A stretch of 64,000 nucleotides of DNA from Raillietiella orientalis (Eukaryota). Numbering within the stretch: the first letter of the stretch is position 1; each line of letters begins with the position of its first letter. The stretch covers positions 1 to 64,000 of the forward strand of contig JAYWIR010000015.1 in assembly GCA_036172245.1 (NCBI GenBank), in the 5' to 3' direction. Shown in pieces: positions 36,681 to 50,549 of this stretch. The position numbers and the translations under genes are program-made. Under the pieces are notes generated by a model, which saw only the letters and a list, made by a program, of their open reading frames with translations, searched no databases and had not been told where the DNA came from.

Positions 36681-39600
36681 ACGCCCTGAAATGACCGGAA
36701 GAAAAATCTAGCGTAATGCAGCGACACTCCTCCAGCAATCAACACTTAAGAAGCCAGATAGAAGCAAAGAAACGCTTATCAAACCTGTAGAAGAGCTCTC
36801 CATTGAAGGAACATTCAAGCATGCTTCCTCCACCAGACAGCGACAACATTGTAGCAGTAATCGTTTCACAAGAGAGCTATAAGATTCAAGTTATGGATAC
36901 GTTTCCGCTCTATAACTTTGCCGCATACTTAAGGCGTTAAAAGCTGTGGGTGTCCAATTTAGTAAAGGCGATTAGAAAGGAAAAAGCTCTTTTTCTGTGT
37001 GCAACTTTTTCGAATCTTTGAGATTGACCTTCTCGAAAGACTTGTCGAAAGGAAGTGTTCTCGAATTGATCGGAAGTCAGCACGTGCACAGGCTGTCCAA
37101 GGTGTCCACTATGCTTCTCTGGTAAAAAAGTGCAATACCACATGGGAGCGTGTGTTCATCAGGAACCATCTTGGAAATCTTTTTTTCGTAGAGAGGAAGT
37201 GGGGTGTCACCGAAGAGGTAAGGAGTACTTTAAGGAATCGGTCGATGTTTTTGCTCACGTCCTTGAACACAATGACTTGTGAAGAACATCCTTGCAAACG
37301 CTCCAAGGGCATTGTGTTTCTACGCAGCGAATGCGAGCTGACGCTACTGTTCTTCGACGAGAAGGTGGAAAGGGGGAAAAAATCTCCAAGGAATGCGAAC
37401 TCTCTGGAAAAGAGGACGGGCATCGTGAAGTGCACGAGAGGCGCTCGACGGAATCCTGCGGAACAAAAAATAGACACACCCCTGTAGTGCTCAGGCTGCT
37501 TTGCGCGGATTGCGGAAATCTTGCTGTTGGCTGAGTGGAAGTGGTCATGCAACATCTCATCCCCGACAAAACTCTTGACAGCTAGCGATGTCGCTCCGTC
37601 GCCACATGACCGATGGCGCCCTCCGTCATTCCCGCGAAAGACACTATGCTCGCCTCCATGTGACTCGACTGGTCAGTTTCTAGTGTTGCGGTGACTGGAA
37701 TCGCTCTCTCTTCGGAGTTCCTTGGGCTTTCTTTTTTACCAGCACCGTCCTCACCGGACGCGAAGAAAGGTCACTCATCCTTAGAAAGATGCGGTGAAAA
37801 TCCAGCTCCTGCTCTGGAAAGGAGATATATTCTTTGAAAGGGTGACTCCGGATGGATGTGGCTGCTGATTACTTGGGAGACTGAACGGCGACTTCGCTTC
37901 GCCGCTCCATTCCATGAGTCACACTCTTCGCCCGCAAAGGTACTTGCATTTGAAAGCCTCGTACGCGTGATGTTCTTTGCCCGGTAATGTCCCAAGTCGT
38001 CGCTGTAGGTGCGCAGGGAAAAGATAGAGCGTTGCTCAGATTGTCATGTCAGTGAGAAACAGAAGGTCGCCTCAGCTATCACAAGGTGGAATAGACTAAC
38101 AGGCGTGAAAACGTCGATGTACAGCCCTTGTTTTCTTCTATTTGTCCGACAAGCGGTGGGGTGAATTTATTGGCTACTTCCATGAATTAGAGTCGCACAT
38201 TCCGCATGCTTCTACAAGATTCCACTGATTGTTACCGTTTTTTCCTTGTTTCGGACTTTCTCTACTCGGGCCTGGTAAACAGTGCTCTGATTTGGGAAGT
38301 GTCTTCTATCTTTTACCGGATGCAACACTGGGTCCTGGTGGGCACTCTGTCGCAATTCCTGATTCCAATTTCTCTCTGGAAAACTTCTAAGATATCGATG
38401 ACAGGCACTTGGACATTGGTTTCTCATTATCTTGCCCTTTTAATCGCGATATACGCCATGTAGAGAGCGATGATGGTGCGGAGCTTGGAATTGCATCGCG
38501 AAAGCTTACTGTTCCCTTCAAATATACTCGCCAAGATCTCCGTTTGGATTTTCTCCTGGAGGTTAATAACCACCTTCAGTGTTAATCATTGCACAGCAAC
38601 GACCAGGTGAGGACATGAGTTTGTGTTTCTTCATCCTCACAGGCTATGCAGAGTTCATTTCGGCTATCATCTGTCCAATGTTCCCATCTAGAGCCAATAA
38701 GGATGCCTCTGCGGTAAAACGTTAGCAGATTCTTCTGAGTGTCCGGATCGAGGTCGTTCCTCTAGATGGTTTATCTCGCCGCTGGCTGGTTCACTTTGAG
38801 GATCGCGGAGCGGATTATCCTTCTAGTCTTTTGAATGGAATGTAAGTTCGTCCGCATACGCTAGGTGGATCAGATCGTCGTCTCTGACGGTCACTTCTTG
38901 GAGGCGAAGGTTTCAGTCAACGATCACCGACACAGTTTCCATATGGATTAAGAGCAGCATCGGGTTCAGGTAGTCTCTTTGACGGAGTCCCATATTTTGT
39001 TTGCTTGCTGGAAAATAAACGCCTCTTCGTAACCAGGTCAAAACCCTCACCGTCCGCATTGCCGTTGTGTCGTGTTCGTTTATTCGAATTCAGTAGTACG
39101 CGTTTCTGAAGGTCATCTGCACGTTCTCCAGGGAGTATTGTGAAAAGTTATTCGCCTCCAAGATTCATAAGTTTTCCTTCATTGCAGTTTTTGGGTTCGT
39201 GACTTTCGCGTGTTGAATTTGTTTTATCTTTAGATTTCATACCGCTGGTGACGTCAATCCCCCTTCGGTTCCGTAATAGTGACGCCCAGGTTTGAAACGG
39301 AAGCTCCACCGCTCCGCCACAGCACCCTGCTCTCTATGCGCTCTTTGGAGCGCGGTAACACTTCGGAGGAATCGGGTGAAAACGGCATCCTTCGCCGAGA
39401 TTCCATGAACAAAGCGCTTCGTCTTGGGATCATTTGCTGCTTGGCTCCTTCGGGCTGGCACGTTCTTGTTTGACAGTTTAGCGCGAAGGCGGTTTGTCTT
39501 CTGCCCACCCCTTTGTGCATTGCCCTGTTTCCTCTACTGTTAACCGCAAGGTGTTTTTCCCAGCCTTACACAGGAATTGCACTTGCTGCCTGTCTAATGT

Positions 39601-40399
39601 GCTACATAGCAACGGACATCGTCCGACTTAGCACAGCATGTTCCAAACTCATATTACGTGCATCTTAGCTCCGGGCATCTAAGACCAGAAGTTACTCTCA
39701 CAAAGAGCGAATTTTTGGTTAAGGAAACCAGCTGAACTGAAAAACTCGTAATCAATGAGAGCGATTATAATTCTCTGCCTCATCCATAAACCAAGGGCAT
39801 CCTTCACATAAACTTTCTATGAATTTCAATTCGTAGTTTTGACTTTCGCTCAAAAAAAATCATCGACACACACAATCATCACGATTCTTAATTAGCATTT
39901 GGATTTTAATGGATGTAAAGCTTCCCACTTGAGCAAGAATTTAATTGAAAGTCGTGAGCAGCAGCATCGGGGATTAATTCATCAAAATATGCAATTGACT
40001 TCAGCAGATGAATGTTTCCCATGAGGGTGGCAGTCGAACTATGCGATCTCATTGGCATTGCAATCTGCAGAATGATGACAAAACGGCGAGCATCCTTGAT
40101 TTCAGCTCAGAGAAGGTCCTCATTCTTGCAGTAACCACTCACTCATGTGCTTGAGGACATTTCGCGTCCTGTAAAGACCCTGATCAGGCATTGGTTTAGC
40201 TGGTTCAAGAAGAACAGTGCTTCCAGTTACCATTCTTGGGCACGCCCTTAGCTGCGGAATCCGTCTTAGGTAAATATGATGCTAGCTTCCGGCTTTAGGG
40301 TCTTAACAAGTAACATGTGAGCTAAAAAATCTGCAGAGAAAAGCAAGTCGATAGCAAACAGTTGATGATGATGACATGTAGTTAGTGATTATGGAATTC

Positions 40400-41420
40400 G
40401 CTGAAGTCCAGTACGGTAGAAAGGCCTGGCTTCATTGCTCTTAAACATAAATGGAATCATCTAAGGGTTCTTGAAGGACAAGAAATGATCCAGATAAGCG
40501 TTTCATTTGATTACCCGACACCCAATCATAGCAAGTCCAAGACGAGGCGGCAGTTTTGTGTCGGTGTGAGCACCAGAATTCGGAACTGCGCTACTTTTCC
40601 AGGAGTTTCAATCAGAAATCGAAAACGGTATTCGCGTCTATGAATCATAGCAACTGACTCCAACAGATGCCGTTCAGAAGAAAGCAAACGCAGATGAAAG
40701 GTGTCTTGCAAGTAGCATTGCAAATAGAGCTTGGTAGAAAACCAACAGGTCCGCTGTGTCCAAAACAAAACCCATGGCTCTATAAAGCATCCTACGATGT
40801 TCAGGGTGCTCGCAGCTTTTCTAAACGGTTGCAGCTGGTTCCATTGTGCGGAACCATCTCCAAACATCATTTTCTCGTCTAAAAACCCGGCACTGAATGC
40901 AGCTCCCTCTTCATAGTTTTGCGCCAAAAGATCAGAAATAATTCCCATCGAGAAGCAAAGCTCTGTTTCGGAAAGACTGCACTTGACGGAGAGCCTGTCG
41001 TTACGCCAAGATAATCAAGTCACTGCTCGGAGAGCGTAATGGAAAATGCCACAGCCTCCTGAACGTCGTGTTGCTATCCGTGGTACGACGGCTGATCAGC
41101 ATGATTTTTTCTTCCAACAGGTGGCCTTGCACAGAATCCAAATTCGCAACACGCGTTCGCTGATCTGGAAAGAGAGTAGAGGAATACGGAACAAGCTGAA
41201 CTGTAAGTTCAAGTGAGACTTTGTTCCCTGCCGGGAGACGAATTCACTTGTCCTAAGAACGTTTGGAGATCGCAATGGCATCTCTGAGAAGGTTGCCAGG
41301 CCGTTGCGCATTACGTTTGGCACAACGCTTCTGTTTGAGAAGATAAATGGAAAGCTCTTGATCAGCATTCTCATCCATTTGTCGTTCCAGGAAGAGCTCA
41401 GCAAGCAGCAGCAGAGTTGA
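40400..41420 (-). mobile_element. Possible very old LINE RT relic
   Basis: SRQGTKSHLNLQFSLF resembles the RQGDSLSPLLFSIY motif. A weak PDG.P motif lies further upstream near 42.93 kb. Confidence 0.3.
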
Positions 41421-44249
41421 GATGAAGTTTATCCTGGGAATTCTCTTGGCTCATGCTGGCTACTTCTTCGGGGAAGCCGCCAGGTACATATCTGCATTCC
41501 ATTTTTTGATGTGCACTCTCCATGGGATGCTTTGGTAAAAGGCCTTCTGCCTTTTCCTTCACACATTTCGCTGCCTTTAACTAGCTGATAGGCTCGGATC
41601 GCGTGCCAAGAGCGCAATCTTCAGCTGGGGTTTGCATTTCTGAAGGGAAATAAGGACAATGTCGATCCCAGCTCACAAAAGACGATGAATTTTATGAACT
41701 CTTGCTAAGCAGCGAGCTGGTTGGTCTATTTCGGATGATTTGCAATTGCGCACTTTCTTTCTGTTTACTGGGAATTGCTCGTGGTACGAGTGTGCTCTCA
41801 TGCTGCACGAATGATTGTCACTTCCACCGGCGACTCATCAAATGAGTTGCATGACTCTACGCCACCTCGACTTCCTGACTGCTCACTGATGCAGTGGTTT
41901 GCGGTTTCCTCTCTTACATCGTCGGCCTTGGTATTGTGTACGACTCGGCATGAAGCAAACACATTCTCAGGTCCACACATCCAGCTTGCTTCCTCTTGGA
42001 TACGAATGGGCATACGGATCTAACTCCTTTTGCAAAATTGACTGGCTTCACTCGAAGAATCGAAAGTGTTTTCTTTTTCATTTCCATCAGGATACAATAA
42101 AATTCTTTCCTTGATGAGTGTTTCGATGTGTGGAGTTCCCCCTTTTGATTTGAGATAAGACTGCACGTGTTCTCGTTTTCATGGTAGCCAAAGATTTCCG
42201 AAAACTACAGAGTGAAAAATTTGTTCTATGCTCTGCATGGAAGGTGATCTTCCGCAGAAAGTACCAATTTTCAGAAATAATCGAATTTGCTACTGTCTCT
42301 CGTCATCAGGCTTCCTCATCAAATGCCTCTCAAAGAGTCATCATTACTAGAGTCTCTCCTTCAGCGCAGTCCGTCCTCGACATATGAAATACCCGTCTTC
42401 AGTGATGGCGTGGTGAGTAGTTTTACTAGTGCATTCGAGCTTTCGCGGCGATGATGCTCCCGATGAACACGTCATTTTACCAGCAGACTTGGCTTTCAAG
42501 CTGTTAAACGTATATATCTTGAAGCCTCATAATTAGCAACATGAGCGTAGGAAAGCGTCAGTTATAAGGGTTCTGCTTGTAAAGGATTGTGGGATTCGCC
42601 CTTCGTCTTATAAGAGATTCCGTTACTGCACTGACCGACCATATAACTTTTGGTGGTTGCGCGTCACCACTATGCAAAGGTTTCGAAGTTAAAATGTGGC
42701 CTGAGGAATATTTCCAGACTTCGCAGCAGCCGCCCAATGAAGGGGAGCTATATCCAGAATAAAGTGTGGTCCCTATCGTAATTAACGACGTGGCTTTCTA
42801 AACGCTTCGGTGTACTCTGTTCACTCTCTCTTATTGCGAGATTGCGTCGCCACTCGCATATAATGAACCACTTTCTCACCAATGCAAATTGCAAGAAATC
42901 CAGCAAGCTTCGTATGGAGGGTGACCCATCCGGGCAGCGTTTCTTTGTTCGGTTTAGGGGTGGGAATAGAATCATGTAGTTACCGCGAAGGGAGTATCTT
43001 GCACGATGCCTGGTATGTGCGCGCGTGCGAAAGGACCCAAAACGAACTTTCCAAATGACTAAATTTTAATGTGAAATCCGCAAACATCAACTTCTGAACA
43101 TCATTCCTCCTGTTGCAGTACAACTACGTGAAGATGCTCATTGGGAATCCCCAGAGAACATTGTATCTTTTCCCAAGTGCAAACATGTATGAAATACTGG
43201 TTGTTTCATATGAAGGAACACCATATGTAAACGACTATGGTACTCACAGTTATGTTTTCTAATCAATATAATACCAGAATTTGGTTTCTAGGTGAAATGC
43301 GTGGATATAGCATTGCAAAATCACAAACATTTCATTTGTTAAATGAAGGGAAACTTGCCGAAGCCTTAGGCGTGGACTTTGTGGGACAAGAGGACATTCA
43401 AGTGAGTTTTCGTGAAGACATTTCAGTGCTCATTTAGAATTGGCCGCTTCTTCTGCATTGAGATTGTTTGCTTCTTCGGTGCCTCTCGAGTCTCAAAACA
43501 CTCTACTGAAATTTTGGAATTCGATGAACCACAGAGAGCTCCGATATCTGAGATGGACGAAAGATCCAAACCTAAATGAGTAAGAATCGTGCACTTTCTG
43601 TGGTCCAGGACTCAGCATGAGAAACCATTTGCGTGCTGGAACTGATGGTGGAACCGAGTCAGTGCATGCGTTCCGTTCTTGATCCTTCTTCTCAGAGATT
43701 AAATCTGCAGATTCGGATCTTTGACTCGCAAATGCGAAAAATCTCGATTCCTTTCGCTTATATTGCAGTTGTATTCTTTCAGGTTGGAAATCTTTCTCTC
43801 AAATCTGTCAATTTCTGCACGGTGGGAAGAAGTAATCTCAAAGATCTTGATGGTGTTCCTATAAATTATGATGGATTTTTTGGGCTGGGTCCTCCTCGGC
43901 GCGATGAATTCTTATTACCAGCAGTGTTCCTGAATGCAATGAAACGGCTGCTATCCCCCTCGCAATCTCTGAAGTACATCTTTCGCTGGAACAGGTAGGA
44001 TGCTTAGGAAAAAATCTGTCTTTTCCGTGAGGGAGCACGCGCTCATGTCGCGAGTTCGAAAGCAACCGTCACGAAAATGCCGGAGGCGGACGCATACTGA
44101 CTCCTTTTGCACAAGGCGGGGTGTCGGGTGTTGCAGCAAACCTCCGCCGTGATATTGAGGAAGAAAGTGCACACCCCACGTCAAACACGCTTCTGACCTG
44201 AGAACCACAAACACTCTTCCCTTCCACAGCTCCTCACCTGATTTTTCCA

Positions 44250-45600
44250 TATTCTTACATATGGTGATTTCTTATTTAATACACATATAAATATCGGATT
44301 AGAAAAATTGAAAAACAATGACAACAGCTGAAAGTAAGGTGAAAAAATACAAAAAAGCGAAAGAATTGGAAAGTCAAAAAAGCAATTTGGTACTTTTTGT
44401 CATTTCATGTTATTTCCAGCCTTCAATAAGGGCTTCTACAGAAAGAACAGACATTTTGATCAATGAAAAAATAGATATGTTTCTTACTCGATATTTGTGT
44501 ATTTATCTCACGCGTATTTATTGCGCGTAGAAATGTATGTTAATATATAATAAACATATATTTGTCTTGCTATAATCGTTCATATCGTTACGTAGTATTA
44601 ATCATATGCTAAAACAAAATTCCATATTAACCAATGTATAAACGTATAAAAGGCATAACCTTTTTTACATACAGTGATCTGAATATGAGTCTATATACAA
44701 AAAGATACATTAGTACATAGTAAGCATATTGATTTGATTCATAATGTGTCTATGACTAATAGCAAGGATATGTATGTCAACAGATATTAATAAACATGTA
44801 TGTTGGAATAATTTTGCGAGTTAGGCTATGTATTACTTTACATTATGAACGTTTGTATTCAGTTTTTGTAATCCATAAAATTCCTAAAATTTTATAAAAT
44901 TCATTTTTTCATACATAAATGCATATAGCAAAATACATAGTGTAAATATGTAGCTGTTTGTTGTGATCTTTCGGTGTTATGATCCTTCGAGATGTTCCAC
45001 CACACCTCGCACCTGTCCTGTCCATCGAAACACTGATGCTGTCAGCAGACAAACATAGGAATTCTTCCTGGCAATTTTTTTTCTTTTGTTTTTCTTCACC
45101 CATGCGGAATCTGAACTCACGCAGGAACTATTTGGCTTCAAAGGAAAGGCAACTGAACTTCAGGATTCTCTTTTTCATGATCCGCTTCTCTGTCTTACTC
45201 TTGTAGATCCGTGTGATGCGAACCCTGTTCTCTTTTTTTTGACTTCATTAACATCTGGGTGTGAATTTCATCCTGGTTCTGCCTGGTGAACTTCCAGTAA
45301 CCTTTTTCTTTGATCTTAATCAAGGAAAATGGATCGAAACTATTGCGGTAATGGTAGTATACCTAGTTTTACTAGTACGATTATTGCCATAGTATTAGAT
45401 ATGATGGAGGGGAAGGAGTTAAAAATAATGGAAATTATTAGGAATATTGAAGATGAGACTGCTTGGATTAGGAAGTATTTTATTGTGGAATGTGTTGATG
45501 AAGTGGTGGTGGGGGTTGCGATGATGGGACATATGGAGATTGTGTTGATTTCTAGGCTTATTCATATTATTAATCACCGAGAGTACAGAAAGCAGGTTCT
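44250..45600. other. AT-rich island, including a decayed Gln/Pro-rich frame on the minus strand
   Basis: Visibly far more AT- and TpA-rich than the flanks. One minus-strand frame has 12 TAA/TAG codons between 45600 and 45360. Confidence 0.6.
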
Positions 45601-45651
45601 TCATTTATTCGCCTCCAGATGATTTTCTCTGGCGGCTTTTTGATATTGACA

Positions 45652-45726
45652 CTGCCTGCGTCGGTGCTTTGTGGTTAAGGCTTCCGCTCGTGGTACCTTG
45701 CTTATCGGGTTCCAATACTCCGGCAG
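45652..45726 (+). pseudogene. tRNA-derived head of copy 2
   Basis: CTGCC...GGCAG closing stem, GTGGTTAAGG, CGTGG and GGGTTCCAATAC (B-box-like). Confidence 0.55.
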
Positions 45727-46693
45727 AAACTGAAGCACCGCGTCGTTAGATACGAAGTTTCTCCTGCAAGATGCCTCTGGTTGGTCCAAAAACAGTCAAG
45801 CGTGGCACCGGAAGCGATTAAACTGGAGGTCACCAATGAAGGCCGAAATAATGGGAGTCGATCTTCCATGAATCAAGGAGTAAGGAGTTTTACTTCCGGT
45901 CATACAACGGAGAGCGTAACCCCCTCACCGGGAGAACTCCTCAGGTTTCAAGATGGAGCAGGAGCCTCTCCAGTTGTTCGAAGAAGCGGACTTACTGTGG
46001 CGGAGGGGAACCTCCGAGTCGTTGCCTCTTCATAGAGTGCAAGGAAGCAAGCTACAGCGATTCCCTGTGGGAAGCTGCAGCGCCCCTTCGGGTTCTCTTC
46101 AGAGGAGTAAACAGGAGCGGTTCCTTTCCGGGTTCCCTTTGGAGAAGATGAAATGGAAAGGATATGCCCCCCTCTTAGGGGGTTATCCCTTTAGAGAGAA
46201 TGAGGAAAGAGATTCCCTTCGGGGTTCCCCTTCGGAGACAACCAGGGTGGGAGGTGCGATCCCTAAGTCCGGGGTCACCCCTCCCCAAGCGTGAGAAGAA
46301 AGGACTCCGAGACCTTCCTGGATTCATAGGGCGAAACCCATCCCTAGGTGCCCCTATCCTGAAGAATTACATGTCTTCCTACAAGCTGCTACAGGTGGAG
46401 TGGCGTGGAAACAACACAATGTTTAAGGGGCCACGTGCTCTGCGAGGCACGCGACCGGCTCTTGAGGTACTTAGCTAACCAAAAAAACAAAGAATATGAG
46501 AAAAAAAAAAGATCTAGAAGGAAAAAACAGCAAACACAGAAGAACAAAAGAAGAACCCCCAAGGATTCCCATCATCCTAGATCAATATTAACGATCTCTT
46601 GGTGGGGTCGCTACTAGATTTATAAAAAACGGAGAATAGATTCATAGGTGGGATTGAGGTTGTATAAGAAACCTTCGATTTTCAAGAAAAACC
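45652..46693 (+). mobile_element. ~1.05-kb tRNA-headed SINE-like element, copy 2
   Basis: Reverse complement of 9328-10437, with substitutions and two obvious internal deletions. Confidence 0.7.
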
Positions 46694-46970
46694 AGCTTTA
46701 ATTGGAGATGAGGAATTCCATAGAGAATTTGAATCGAACTGCTGATACATCAAGGGAGCAATGCCTTGCTTCGTGCTAATTCATCAGCTTTCTTCTCTTC
46801 TAACTCAAGTGAAGGCGCTTTTGTCAATCTACTTTAAAGAAGCGCGTTTTTATGGTGGCATCTTGACTTAATAAAATTAATTCCATGTTATTAAAGATGT
46901 GTGGATTTTTGTATCATTGAGAAAACTAATGTTGATTTGCACTTTATAACCGATTCACTCCTTCTTCCAG

Positions 46971-47644
46971 GAAACCAAGTGCAAATGGAGAAGTTGGAAA
47001 ACTAGCAATGGAACTTTCCGGCGGAGAGTCCCCTGGATTAGTGCTCCAATCCGAGGGGAAGGACTGTTGGTTCTTCACAATGCGCAAGTGAGACATTGCA
47101 TAAGAATCTGCAAGGAAACTGCTGACAACTGGCATCTTTTTCGTGCAGCATGAAAATGGGATTACAAAAACTCTGCAAAAAGGAATGTAGTGGCGGTTTC
47201 TCTTTTAAAAATATTGGCATTGTTCTTAATGGAGAAGCCCATCAGAAATTTGCTCAACAGATAAAAATGGCAAATATGACCGACCGATTCATGAAGGTAG
47301 GTAACAGTTGTCAATAGAATTGCTCTTATGAGACCGCTAGTTACCTTGCTCCAGTGCTAAAGATTTTCCCGAATTCAGCTTCTACTTGGGACAACAGAAT
47401 TTCAGCATCAGTAGTGAGGATTACATGAGGAAGGTAGTGAAACATATCGTATTAAGGAACAAAACATAAACAATTTCAGGTGGAATCTAAGACAAGTGCA
47501 AATGATGTATGCGAGGTACTGATTGAATCTGACTCAAAATTACCTGAGGGAGATCTATATCTTGGAACCATCTTTCTGAAGAAATATCCAACATACTTCA
47601 TGCCTATTCAGCAGAAAATAATCGTTCAGAAATTGAATCCTTAG
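46971..47644 (+). CDS. Pepsin-family (A1) protease-like gene C: four in-frame 3' exons, 5' part disrupted or missing
   Basis: Exons 46971-47087, 47149-47296, 47341-47433 and 47480-47644 give CWFFTMRN MKMGLQKLCKKECSGGFSFKNIGI...|LPCSSAKDFPEFSFYLGQQNFSISSEDY...C...LYLGTIFLKKYPTYF...TAG. GT-AG introns of 61, 44 and 46 nt. Confidence 0.75.
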
Positions 47645-50549
47645 TGGACTGTCGTTCTCGACTACCACGAAATGTAACGCTCTTTGTAGAACACACATGC
47701 CTGTGATGCACGTTCATCCTGAACTCCTACAATAAAGAGGAAGTAGCAGTGACACGCCAGCAGACGAAGTCCAGCGCGGCGTTTCAGGCACCTTCAGTTG
47801 ACCTCGGCATGCAAATGGTGCAAATAATGCCGAATGAAGAGAACGCATTTCTTGAAAAGATGCCTTCTCTTCACATGGCATGAGATGCTCGCTCGGCAGC
47901 CACCTTTATCTACCGTGCACAAGAAGACGTAGAATTTTTATTTACAGCCAACCATCATCATCCGAACCTAGAAAAGGCGCCCCTAATTTCCACGAAAGGC
48001 GCCTTTCAAAGAGAGCAGAGCGCTTGTTGCATTCAAAGTATGCAACCTCTCCAAGATACCAACAGCTTCACGGTACGCGATGGAGGGTCCCCTGTAATAT
48101 AGCAAGATGACTACGTTTTCACAGAACTCAAAGGAAGACAAAGGGAACCGCTTCCTTGATTATTGAAAGGAAGGGCCAGCTTGCAATCGCCATCAGTAAA
48201 CTGGTTTCCGGCTTCCATCAGTGCCTCAACCGAAGCTCTCCCAGGCCAGCCAGCATGGTCCTTCAGGAAGGACACGAAACTCCCGAGCAACCCCTATTCT
48301 CGGCTGTCATCTTTCCCAGAGTGAGATTGCAAGCTCCAAGACTCGGTTCCCAGCGAAGAAGCTAAAGCCCTACTGCCGCTAGAGCCAGCAAAAAACTGTT
48401 TTTTGAAGTGATTTTTGGCAGTCAGGTGCATTCCTGCCCTCCATGGATACGCAAAAAACAAAAAAAACTTCGAGCCAAGACTAGCACTTTGACATTAGTC
48501 GCACACTTCGCGAATCCGATATGAAATAATCGTGAAAAGAGTTGCTCGCGGTGCAGCCGCTTGCCGTTTCCTTAATTCCAGCTGCCGTTCATCTGTTTCC
48601 CCACGATGCTTTCCGCGTGCCCCACGAACTTCTTCCCCGTCTTGCGTTGAACTTTGAAGGCGAACCTGGTGTGCAGTGCTCCGGGTGCTCGATGAATTTC
48701 TAGAATAGATGCCACTGCTGAAACTAAGAGTCTGCATCAGAAGATGGCGACACTCAGCGCATCTTTCAATATGCATCGCTGTTTCGGAATTTTCATGACT
48801 TGGACGCACCCCATATGTGAATTGCACTCCTTTCGAGTCATGGCTTGCTCTTATGCTTGCATAGGGCGGAAAGGCTGTTCCGTCCGCATGGCAGGCGTCT
48901 TCCCGTTGGAGATGGCGCTGGGCGCATCCGGCGTCAGGTGGAAAACCTATCTTGAGCCCGATGATCGGATTCCGAGCTGTGGTGAGGCTCAGCAGGGAAG
49001 AGTCAAAAAGCATGTGCCCCATCCCGGAGTGCGCAGTTGCCAGCATGTCATTAAAGCAAAGCCGAGAAAAATGATTCTTTTCTATGAGGTATTGGCAATG
49101 TGCGGCACCCAAAGAAGGTGAAGAGTCTCCTATACTGCCGGAAAGTCACTCTTATGATCGGGCAGGAAACACTGTGCAATCCTCGCGGCCATCGGAAGGG
49201 GAATATCCCTTCCTTAGTGTCGTGTCAGAGTTTCCTCTTATAGTTTCAACGGGCTGCACAATCATGAGAAGGTGTTCCGTTTCCACACTCTTTCAGAGGT
49301 TCACAATAAGCCGCTGCAGCGACGGCGCGGCTCTGCACGAAGGTGCCGATTCGCACAGGGTGTCGTCGGGAGAGGGGCGCAGCGTTTGTTTTGATGAGGC
49401 AGGACGAGAGGGAGCAGTCTGTCTCCACGTGGTCAGAATTGATTGAGCCTTTCGGCAGGAAGGTTTGAGCTTCAAGTTCCTTTGACCGGAGCCCCAAGAG
49501 AACAAAATTATTCGGAATTTCTCAATCCCGATAATTCGCAACCAGCTGCTAAAGAGTGGGACATCTCGTGGCAGGGAAATTCAGTGTCCACCTACTTTCG
49601 AACAAAAACAGCTTTCTAGCTTCCATTCGGACACGCTGGAATGTCTATTTAAATTGAAAATAGCTCATAAGTTTTAAAAGGACTCGTGATCCTACCACAC
49701 TCAGTTTGTCCATGGACTCTTCAAACAGCCGCTCTCTAGAGCAGAACATTTTTCCACTGCTGATAAGTAGAGGAGGTAAGCAAAAGAAAAACAAGGTAGT
49801 TCCTGAAATCCAATCACAAAATCTAGGGGGAAATATCAGCACAAGCCTTAAGGAGCCTTTTACATAATTTTTCGGATACGGGCTAGGTCAGTGCTAAATG
49901 CAACCAGATTGCCATCCGCAGGAATTGAAGTGCTCACTCAGTGAATCTCCTCGTAACATGCCTGTAATCATCACTGAACACGCGAAGGAGTGGATGCCAA
50001 CTGTGCCAGGTGAGGGGAACCTGAATCCCTCCCCACCTTTCTGTAGATCGTGCTTTCCTCTGGAACCTCTGAGAACGTTGCCACGACAGAAGGAACCTAC
50101 GGTGGTACCTCCAAGAACGTTTTGAGACTCCTTTTTGTGCGAGACGCCCTGAAATTTGCGGCTGCTCCAGAAGCACTTTGCTGCCTTCGCGGGATCGTGG
50201 CGGCGTGGAGGGAAGCGGATGCAGGAAGAAACGAGAGAGACTCCGTTTACTTCGCTGCTCTTTTCCAGAAGGTAGCCATCAGACGTTCCACCTAGGACAT
50301 ATTCGGACAGACATATCCGGCATCCTAGGAACGATGCTGGTTCCATATAACCAAAAGTGATCCTCTCTGAGGGCCACCCTCCAGGGTATTTTTATTTTTA
50401 TTTATTTTTTAGTTTTCTTTGAATTTTCTCGATTTCAACTCCGCTTTCTGAGATGGACTTAGCCGCTCTGCATTCCAGCAACTTGGTGGGTCATTTTTGA
50501 ATCGCCTGTGGGGGGCTTTACGCCCCAAAATGAAAATTGCATGTTTATG

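Noticed and set aside
9328..46693. 1.1-kb inverted repeats as the termini of one giant (Polinton-like) element
   Set aside because: The copies are visibly diverged with indels, and a third partial copy exists. The interior is host-like genes and LINE relics with no polymerase, integrase or capsid motifs.
47950..50330. Possible very old non-LTR element (FCRSCF and weak RT-like fragments)
   Set aside because: Motifs too degenerate to support by eye.
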